64,000 bases of DNA from Mobula hypostoma (lineage: Eukaryota): NCBI RefSeq assembly GCF_963921235.1, contig NC_086108.1:1612001-1676000 (forward strand), in the 5' to 3' direction. Under the pieces are notes generated by a model. That model saw only the letters and a list, made by a program, of their open reading frames with translations. It was not told where the DNA came from and did no database searches. The position numbers and the translations under genes are program-made. Below are positions 53,701-62,644 of this stretch, in pieces. Positions within the stretch are counted from its first letter, which is position 1; the number at the start of each line of letters is the position of its first letter.

Positions 53701-56700
53701 GTTCCTCCAGCATTTTGTGTGTGTTACTCTGACCATCGACACTGTCTGATCCGCCGAGTTCCTCCAGCATTTTGTGTGTGTTACTCTGACCATCGACACT
53801 GTCTGATCTGCCGAGTTCCTCCAGCATTTTGTGTGTGTTACTCTGACCATCGACACTCTCTGACCTGCTGAGTTCCTCCAGCATTTTGTGTGTGTTACTC
53901 TGACCATCGACACTCTCAGACCTGCTGAGTTCCTCCAGCATTTTGTGTGTGTTACTCTGACCATCGACACTGTCTGACCTGCCGAGTTCCTCCAGCATTT
54001 TGTGTGTGTTACTCTGACCATCGACACTGTCTGACCTGCCGAGTTCCTCCAGCATTTTGTGTGTGTTACTCTGACCATCGACACTGTCTGACCCGCTGAG
54101 TTCCTCCAGCATTTTGTGTGTGTTACTCTGCCCATCGACACTGTCTGACCCGCTGAGTTCCTCCAGCATTTTGTGTGTGTTACTCTGACCATCGACACTG
54201 TCTGACCCGCCGAGTTCCTCCAGCATTTTGTGTGTGTTACTCTGACCATCGACACTGTCTGATCTGCCGAGTTCGTCCAGCATTTTGTGTGTGTTACTCT
54301 GCACATCGACACTGTCTGACCCGCCGAGTTCCTCCAGCATTTTGTGTGTGTTACTGTGTCCATCGACATTGTCTGACCCGCTGAGTTCCTCCAGCATTTT
54401 GTGTGTGTTACTCTGACCATCGACACTGTCTGACCCGCTGAGTTCCTCCAGCATTTCTGTGTGTGTTACTCTGGCCATCGACACTGTCTGACCTGCTGAG
54501 TTCCTCCAGCATTTTGTGTGTGTTACTCTGACCATAGACACTGTCTGACCTGCTGAGTTCCTCCAGCATTTTGTGTGTGTTACTCTGACCATAGACACTG
54601 TCTGACCTGCTGAGTTCCTCCAGCATTTTGTGTGTGTTACTCTGTCCATAGACTCTGTCTGACCTGCTGAGTTCCTCCAGCATTTTGTGTGTGTTACTCT
54701 GACCATCGACACTGTCTGACCTGCTGAGTTCCTCCAGCATTTTGTGTGTGTTACTCTGACCATAGACACTGTCCGACCTGCTGAGTTCCTCCAGCATTTT
54801 GTGTGTGTTACTCTGGTCATCGACACTGTCCGACCTGCTGAGTTCCTCCAGCATTTTGCGTGTGTTACTCTGACCATCGACAATATCTGACCTGCTGAGT
54901 TCCTCCAGCATTTTGCGTGTGTTATCTGACCATCGACACTGTCTGACCTGCTGAGTTCCTCCAGCATTTTGTGTGTGTTACTCTGACCATCGACACTGTC
55001 TGACCTGCTGAGTTCCTCCAGCATTTTGTGTGTGTTACTCTGACCATCGACACTGTCTGACCTGCTGAGTTCCTCCAGCATTTTGTGTGTGTTACTCTGA
55101 CCATCGACACTGTCTGACCTGCTGAGTTCCTCCAGCATTTTGTGTGTGTTACTCTGACCATCGACATTGTCTGACCCGCTAAGTTCCTCCAGCATTTTGT
55201 GTGTGTTACTCTGACCATCGACACGGTCTGACCCGCTGAGTTCCTCCAGCATTTTGTGTGTGTTACTCTGCACATCGACACTGTCTGATCCGCCGAGTTC
55301 CTCCAGCATTTTGTGTGTGTTACTCTGACCATCGACACTGTTTGATCTGCCGAGTTCCTCCAGCATTTTGTGTGTGTTACTCTGACCATCGACACTGTCT
55401 GACCTGCTGAGTTCCTCCAGCATTTTGTGTGTGTTACTCTGACCATCGACACTGTCTGACCTGCCGAGTTCCTCCAGCATTTTGTGTGTGTTACTCTGAC
55501 CATCGACACTGTCTGACCTGCCAAGTTCCTCCAGCATTTTGTGTGTGTTACTCTGACCATCGACACTGTCTGACCCGCTGAGTTCCTCCAGCATTTTGTG
55601 TGTGTTACTCTGACCATCGACACTGTCTGACCCGCCGAGTTCCTCCAGCATTTTGTGTGTGTTACTCTGACCATCGACACTGTCTGACCTGCCGAGTTCC
55701 TCCAGCATTTTGTGTGTGTTACTCTGACCATCGACACTGTCTGACCGGCTGAGTTCCTCCAGCATTTTGTGTGTGTTACTCTGACCATCGACACTATCTG
55801 ACCTGCTGAGTTCCTCCAGCATTTTGTGTGTGTTACTCTGACCATAGACACTGTCTGACCTGCTGAGTTCCTCCAGCATTTTGTGTGTGTTACTCTGGCC
55901 ATCGACACTGTCTGACCTGCTGAGTTCCTCCAGCATTTTGTGTGTGTTACTCTGACCATCGACACTATCTGACCTGCTGAGTTCCTCCAGCATTTTGTGT
56001 GTATTACTCTGACCATCGACACTGTCTGACCTGCTGAGTTCCTCCAGCATTTTGTGTGTGTTACTCTGACCATCGACACTGTCTGACCTGCTGAGTTCCT
56101 CCAGCATTTTGTGTGTGTTACTCTGACCATCGACACTGTCTGACCTGCTGAGTTCCTCCAGCATTTTGTGTGTGTTACTCTGACCATTGACACTGTCTGA
56201 CCTGCTGAGTTCCTCCAGCATTTTGTGTGTGTTACTCTGACCATCGACACTGTCTGACCTGCTGAGTTCCTCCAGCATTTTGTGTGTGTTACTCTGACCA
56301 TTGACACTGTCTGACCTGCTGAGTTCCTCCAGCATTTTGTGTGTGTTACTCTGACCATCGACACTGTCTGACCTGCTGAGTTCCTCCAGCATTTTGTGTG
56401 TGTTACTCTGACCATCGACATTGTCTGACCCGCTAAGTTCCTCCAGCATTTTGTGTGTGTTACTCTGACCATCGACACGGTCTGACCCGCTGAGTTCCTC
56501 CAGCATTTTGTGTGTGTTACTCTGCGCATCGACACTGTCTGACCCGCCGAGTTCCTCCAGCATTTTGTGTGTGTTACTCTGACCATCGACACTGTCTGAC
56601 CGGCTGAGTTCCTCCAGCATTTTGTGTGTGTTACTCTGACCATCGACACTGTCTGACCTGCTGAGTTCCTCCAGCATTTTGTGTGTGTTACTCTGACCAT

Positions 56701-59700
56701 CGACACTGTCTGACCTGCTGAGTTCCTCCAGCATTTTGTGTGTGTTACTCTGACCATAGACACTGTCTGACCTGCTGAGTTCCTCCAGCATTTTGTGTGT
56801 GTTACTCTGACCATCGACACTGCCTGACCTGCTGAGTTCCTCCAGCATTTTGTGTGTGTTACTCTGACCATCGACACTGTCTGACCTGCTGAGTTCCTCC
56901 AGCATTTTGAGTGTGTTACTCTGACCATCGACACTGTCTGACCTGCTGAGTTCCTCCAGCATTTTGTGTGTGTTACTCTGACCATCGACATTGTCTGACC
57001 CGCTAAGTTCCTCCAGCATTTTGTGTGTGTTACTCTGACCATCGACACGGTCTGACCCGCTGAGTTCCTCCAGCATTTTGTGTGTGTTACTCTGCGCATC
57101 GACACTGTCTGACCAGCCGAGTTCCTCCAGCATTTTGTGTGTGTTACTCTGACCATCGACACTGTCTGATCCGCCGAGTTCCTCCAGCATTTTGTGTGTT
57201 ACTCTGACCATCGACACTGTCTGATCTGCCGAGTTCCTCCAGCATTTTGTGTGTTACTCTGACCATCGACACTCTCTGACCTGCTGAGTTCCTCCAGCAT
57301 TTTGTGTGTGTTACTCTGACCATCGACACTCTCAGACCTGCTGTGTTCCTGCAGCATTTTATGTGTGTTACTCTGACCATCGACACTGTCTGACCTGCCG
57401 AGTTCCTCCAGCATTTTGTGTGTGTTACTCTGACCATCGACACTGTCTGACCTGCCGAGTTCCTCCAGCATTTTGTGTGTGTTACTCTGACCATCGACAC
57501 TGTCTGACCCGCTGAGTTCCTCCAGCATTTTGTGTGTGTTACTCTGCCCATCGACACTGTCTGACCCGCTGAGTTCCTCCAGCATTTTGTGTGTGTTACT
57601 CTGACCATCGACACTGTCTGACCCGCCGAGTTCCTCCAGCATTTTGTGTGTGTTACTCTGACCATCGACACTGTCTGATCTGCCGAGTTCGTCCAGCATT
57701 TTGTGTTTGTTTCTCTGACCATCGACACTGTCTGACCGGCTGAGTTCCTCCAGCATTTTGTGTGTGTTACTGTGTCCATCGACATTGTCTGACCCGCTGA
57801 GTTCCTCCCGCATTTTGTGTGTGTTACTCTGACCATCGACACTGTCTGACCCGCTGAGTTCCTCCAGCATTCTGTGTGTGTTACTCTGGCCATCGACACT
57901 GTCTGACCTGCTGAGTTCCTCCAGCATTTTGTGTGTGTTACTCTGACCATAGACACTGTCTGACCCACTGAGTTCCTCCAGCATTTTGTGTGTGTTACTC
58001 TGTCCATAGACACTGTCTGACCTGCTGAGTTCCTCCAGCATTTTGTGTGTGTTACTCTGTCCATAGACTCTGTCTGACCTGCTGAGTTCCTCCAGCATTT
58101 TGTGTGTGTTACTCTGACCATCGACACTGTCTGACCTGCTGAGTTCCTCCAGCATTTTGTGTGTGTTACTCTGACCATAGACACTGTCCGACCTGCTGAG
58201 TTCCTCCAGCATTTTGTGTGTGTTACTCTGGTCATCGACACTGTCCGACCTGCTGAGTTCCTCCAGCATTTTGCGTGTGTTACTCTGACCATCGACAATA
58301 TCTGACCTGCTGAGTTCCTCCAGCATTTTGCGTGTGTTAATCTGACCATCGACACTGTCTGACCTGCTGAGTTCCTCCAGCATTTTGTGTGTGTTACTCT
58401 GACCATCGACACTGTCTGACCTGCTGAGTTCCTCCAGCATTTTGTGTGTGTTACTCTGACCATCGACACTGTCTGACCTGCTGAGTTCCTCCAGCATTTT
58501 GTGTGTGTTACTCTGACCATCGACACTGTCTGACCTGCTGAGTTCCTCCAGCATTTTGTGTGTGTTACTCTGACCATCGACATTGTCTGACCCGCTAAGT
58601 TCCTCCAGCATTTTGTGTGTGTTACTCTGACCATCGACACGGTCTGACCCGCTGAGTTCCTCCAGCATTTTGTGTGTGTTACTCTGCACATCGACACTGT
58701 CTGATCCGCCGAGTTCCTCCAGCATTTTGTGTGTTACTCTGACCATCGACACTGTTTGATCTGCCGAGTTCCTCCAGCATTTTGTGTGTTACTCTGACCA
58801 TCGACACTCTCAGACCTGCTGAGTTCCTGCAGCATTCTTTGTGTGTTACTCTGACCATCGACACTGTCTGACCTGCCGAGTTCCTCCAGCATTTTGTGTG
58901 TGTTACTCTGACCATCGACACTGTCTGACCTGCCAAGTTCCTCCAGCATTTTGTGTGTGTTACTCTGACCATCGACACTGTCTGACCCGCTGAGTTCCTC
59001 CAGCATTTTGTGTGTGTTACTCTGACCATCGACACTGTCTGACCCGCCGAGTTCCTCCAGCATTTTGTGTGTGTTACTCTGACCATCGACACTGTCTGAT
59101 CTGCCGAGTTCCTCCAGCATTTTGTGTGTATTTCTCTGACCATCGACACTGTCAGACCGGCTGAGTTCCTCCAGCATTTTGTGTGTGTTACTCTGTCCAT
59201 CGACACTATCTGACCTGCTGAGTTCCTCCAGCATTTTGTGTGTGTTACTCTGACCATAGACACTGTCTGACCTGCTGAGTTCCTCCAGCATTTTGTGTGT
59301 GTTACTCTGGCCATCGACACTGTCTGACCTGCTGAGTTCCTCCAGCATTTTGTGTGTGTTACTCTGACCATCGACACTATCTGACCTGCTGAGTTCCTCC
59401 AGCATTTTGTGTGTATTACTCTGACCATCGACACTGTCTGACCTGCTGAGTTCCTCCAGCATTTTGTGTGTGTTACTCTGACCATCGACACTGTCTGACC
59501 TGCTGAGTTCCTCCAGCATTTTGTGTGTGTTACTCTGACCATCGACACTGTCTGACCTGCTGAGTTCCTCCAGCATTTTGTGTGTGTTACTCTGACCATT
59601 GACACTGTCTGACCTGCTGAGTTCCTCCAGCATTTTGTGTGTGTTACTCTGACCATCGACACTGTCTGACCTGCTGAGTTCCTCCAGCATTTTGTGTGTG

Positions 59701-61468
59701 TTACTCTGACCATTGACACTGTCTGACCTGCTGAGTTCCTCCAGCATTTTGTGTGTGTTACTCTGACCATCGACACTGTCTGACCTGCTGAGTTCCTCCA
59801 GCATTTTGTGTGTGTTACTCTGACCATCGACACTGTCTGACCTGCTGAGTTCCTCCAGCATTTTGTGTGTGTTACTCTGACCATCGACACTATCTGACCT
59901 GCTGAGTTCCTCCAGCATTTTGTGTGTGTTAATCTGACCATCGACACTGTCTGACCGGCTGAGTTCCTCCAGCATTTTGTGTGTGTTACTCTGACCATCG
60001 ACACTGTCTGACCCGTTGAGTTTCTCCAGCATTTTGTGTGTGTTACTCTGACCATCGACATTGTCTGACCCGCTGAGTTCCTCCAGCATTCTGTGTGTGT
60101 TACTCTGACCATCGACACTGTCTGACCTGCTGAGTTCCTCCAGCATTTTGTGTGTTTTACTCTGACCATAGACACTGTCTGACCTGCTGAGTTCCTCCAG
60201 CATTTTGTGTGTGTTACTCTGACCATCGACACTGTCTGACCTGCTGAGTTCCTCCAGCATTTTGTGTGTGTTACTCTGACCATAGACCCTGTCTGACCTG
60301 CTGAGTTCCTCCAGCATTTTGTATGTGTTACTCTGACCATAGTCACTGTCCGACCTGCTGAGTTCCTCCAGCATTTTGTGTGTGTTACTCTGACCATCGA
60401 CACTGTCTGACCTGCTGAGTTCCTCCAGCACTTTGCGTGTGTTACTCTGGCCATCGACACTGTCTGACCGGCTGAGTTCCTCCAGCATTTTGTGTGTGTT
60501 ACTCTGACCATCGACACTATCTGACCTGCTGAGTTCCTCCAGCATTTTGTGTGTGTTACTCTGACCATCGACACTGTCTGACCTGCTGAGTTCCTCCAGC
60601 ATTTTGTGTTTGTTACTCTGACCATCGACATTGTCTGACCTGCTGTGTTCCTCCAGCATTCTGTGTGTGTTACTCTGACCATGGGCACTGTCTGACCCGC
60701 TGAGTTCCTCCAGCATTTTGTGTGTGTTACTCTGTCCATCGACACTGTCTGACCTGCTGAGTTCCTCCAGCATTTTGTGTGTGTTACTCTGACCATCGAC
60801 ACTATCTGACCTGCTGAGTTCCTCCAGCATTTTGTGTTTGTTACTCTGACCATCGACATTGTCTGACCTGCTGTGTTCCTCCAGCATTCTGTGTGTATTA
60901 CTCTGACCATCGACACTGTCTGACCTGCTGAGTTCCTCCAGTATTTTGTGTGTGTTACTCTGACCATCGACACTGTCTGACCTGCTGAGTTCCTCCAGCA
61001 TTTTGTGTGTGTTACTCTGACCATCGACACTGTCTGTCGTGCTGAGTTTCTCCAGCGTTTTGTGTGTGTTACTCTGACCATCGACACTGTCTGACCTGCT
61101 GAGTTCCTCCAGCATTTTGTGTGTGTTACTCTGACCATCGACACTGTCTGACCTGCTGAGTTCCTCCAGCATTTTGTGTGTGTTACTCTGACCATCGACA
61201 CTGTCTGACCTGCTGAGTTCCTCCAGCATTTCGTGTGTGTTACTCTGACCATCGACACTGTCTGACCTGCTGAGTTCCTCCAGCATTTTGTGTGTGTTAC
61301 TCTGACCATCGACACTGTCTGACCTGCTGAGTTCCTTCAGCATTTTGTGTGTGTTACTCTGACCATCGACACTGTCTGACCTGCTGAGTTCCTCCAGCAT
61401 TTTGTGTGTGTTACTCTGACCATCGATCTGTCTGACCTGCTGAGTTCCTCCAGCATTTTGTGTGTGTT
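44780..61468. repeat. 57-bp tandem satellite array, about 290 units
   Basis: Consensus TGTTACTCTGACCATCGACACTGTCTGACCTGCTGAGTTCCTCCAGCATTTTGTGTG (57 nt) repeats head-to-tail. Some 55-bp units have lost one TG. The array ends sharply at ...CATTTTGTGTGTGTT (61468) and passes into unique sequence. Confidence 0.99.
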
Positions 61469-61594
61469 TACCAGTTTGTGTGATCTGCCATCTATGAAGT
61501 GCTTCCAGTTGTAACATGGGAAAGGAATGTCTGTTCAGCTCACACACCATGTGCTCTTGCTAATGACCAGACATGACCACTGATTTGAGGAGTG

Positions 61595-61620
61595 TGAGGG
61601 GAGAATGAGGGGAGAATGAG
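61595..61620. repeat. Short tandem duplication (TGAGGGGAGAA)x2.4
   Basis: TGAGGGGAGAA TGAGGGGAGAA TGAG read directly from the sequence. Confidence 0.9.
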
Positions 61621-61693
61621 AGCTGAGTCCCTCACAGTGGCTGGTGCTGAGGTGTCAGCCGTGCTCCGTCTAGAGGACTCCAAGATGACTCAC

Positions 61694-61785
61694 GGCTGGG
61701 CGCTGCAGCAGCTGTGGCTGACGTCTCCACCGTCAGCCTCGTCAGCCTTCTCTTCTTCCCCAGGGGAGCGTCACGCGCAGAGCAT
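61694..61785 (-). other. Candidate internal exon of an unidentified gene (92 bp)
   Basis: GC- and CpG-rich unique patch. The minus strand has a consensus donor GTGAGT (plus ACTCAC 61688-61693) and an acceptor ...CCTGTCAG (plus CTG 61786-61788). One frame is open: CSARDAPLGKKRRLTRLTVETSATAAAAPS. No homology recognised and the acceptor is weak. Confidence 0.25.
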
Positions 61786-61908
61786 CTGACAGGTTAATGG
61801 CCAAGGGACTGAAAATACAAATATCAGCTCATCAAGCAGAAAGTTCACTTGAACTGTTGACTTTTCTGAGTGCAAGTCATGTGTTATGTCAGATATTTAA
61901 TTTCACAC

Positions 61909-62331
61909 TCATCTGGTAGACGGTACAAGAGCCTCTGTACTCACACCATCAGGTTAAAGAACAGTCACTACCTCTCAGACATCTAAATGACAATAAAAGA
62001 GGACTGCATGTCCTCATAATCTAATCTAATCTAATCAGGCTCTTGAACAAAAGAGGACAACTACACTCACTTCTCCAACCATTGAGATGTTCCCACAACC
62101 AATGATCTCACTTTAAGGACTCTATCTCATTTTCTCGTTATTTAATGCTATTTATTTATATTTGCATTTTCACAGTTTTCTGTCTTCTGCATTCTGGTTG
62201 ATCTTTCATTGATCCTGTTATAGTTACTATTCTACAGATTTGCTCAGTATGCCCACAGGAAAACGAATCTCAGGGTTGTCTGTGGTGACGGGTATGTACC
62301 CTGATAATAACATTGACCTTGAACTTTGAAC
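61909..62331 (+). mobile_element. 5'-truncated Rex1/Babar-type LINE relic (ORF C-terminus, 3'UTR and TTGAAC-like tail), interrupted at 61984-62036
   Basis: 61909-61983 translates SSGRRYKSLCTHTIRLKNSHYLSDI and resumes at 62037 as RLLN. This matches the SGRRYRS...T.R..NS.YP..IRLLN C-terminal signature I recall for Rex1/Babar ORFs. An AT-rich UTR follows, ending AATAACATTGACCTTGAACTTTGAAC. Family assignment is from memory, not a search. Confidence 0.7.
61984..62036 (+). mobile_element. 53-bp extreme 3' tail of a non-LTR retrotransposon with a (TAATC)n tail
   Basis: Contains AATAAA (61992-61997), a perfect hairpin GAGGAC-TGCAT-GTCCTC (61999-62015) and (TAATC)4 (62017-62036). Removing it restores the host frame ...GAC ATC|AGG CTC TTG AAC. 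Confidence 0.7.
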
Positions 62332-62335
62332 AAGT

Positions 62336-62459
62336 ACCTTCTTATTCTGGCTTCTGCCCCCTTTCTTTCCAGTCTTGAAGAAGGGTTTCAGTCTAAAATG
62401 TCAACTATTTATTCCCCTCCATGGATGCTGCCTGACCTGCTAAGCTCTTCCAGTGCTTT
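62336..62459 (+). mobile_element. Fragment of a Penelope-like (or PLE-derived) dispersed repeat terminus with a decayed minimal hammerhead motif
   Basis: A pyrimidine-rich tract is followed by AGTC-TTGAAGA-AGGGTTTCAGTCT-AAAA-TGTC-AACT (62371-62406) and then CCATGGATGCTGCCTGACCTGCTAAGCTCTTCCAG. This resembles an abundant elasmobranch repeat I recall as AGTCCTGATGAAGGGTCTCGGCCCGAAACGTCGACT...CCATAGATGCTGCCTGACCTGCTGAGTTCCTCCAGCA (not database-verified here). Confidence 0.65.
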
Positions 62460-62516
62460 ACCAAATATGAGACCGATTGAGGATCAAGGATCACCATCTA
62501 CCGTGAATTTTACACT

Positions 62517-62565
62517 CTGTACTGTGCACATGTATACAGCTGGGATGCCTAAGGCTTTTCACAGT
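62517..62565. mobile_element. Possible degraded Tc1-type MITE remnant
   Basis: Ends ACTGTG (62521-62526) and CACAGT (62560-62565) are inverted. The internal GGATGCCTAAGGCTTTTCACAGT resembles Tc1-like TIR ends (GTGCCTAAGACTTTTGCACAGTACTG, recalled). Short and degenerate. Confidence 0.3.
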
Positions 62566-62644
62566 TTATGCATTGCACTGTACTGCTGCTGCAAAATAAA
62601 CTAATTTTGTGGCATACATGAGTGCTGATAAACCTGATTCTGAT
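62566..62644 (+). mobile_element. 3' tail fragment of another LINE family (AAACCTGATTCTGAT end)
   Basis: TTATGCATTGCACTGTACTGCTGCTGCAAAA...GATAAACCTGATTCTGAT has a degenerate polyA-like signal followed by a (CTGATT)n-type tail. It resembles fish and elasmobranch LINE 3' ends (recalled). Confidence 0.45.

Noticed and set aside
1..61468. CRISPR array or prokaryotic repeat system
   Set aside because: There are no unique spacers, since whole units repeat. There are no cas genes and the context is vertebrate LINEs.
44780..61468. Active hammerhead within the satellite units themselves (as in newt or schistosome satellites)
   Set aside because: The 57-mer has CTGCTGA rather than CTGANGA and lacks GAAA. 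The 42-mer also lacks both core boxes on either strand.
1..61468. Common origin of the 42-bp and 57-bp units (shared bits such as CACTGT/ACAGTG, CCATCG and GAGT)
   Set aside because: Only 5-6 nt matches on opposite strands and no convincing colinear alignment by eye.
44780..61550. Very long minus-strand ORFs (up to 1505 aa) of SNTHKMLEELSRSDSVDGQ / VRVTHTKCWRNSAGQTVSM repeats
   Set aside because: Two overlapping frames are equally open simply because the 57-mer lacks stops. The 55-, 56- and 58-bp units switch frames, there are no unique domains, and the unit matches a non-coding repeat terminus.
62326..62604. 92-aa plus-strand ORF with a hydrophobic N-terminus
   Set aside because: It starts at TTG, runs across several unrelated repeat fragments and has no recognisable domain.
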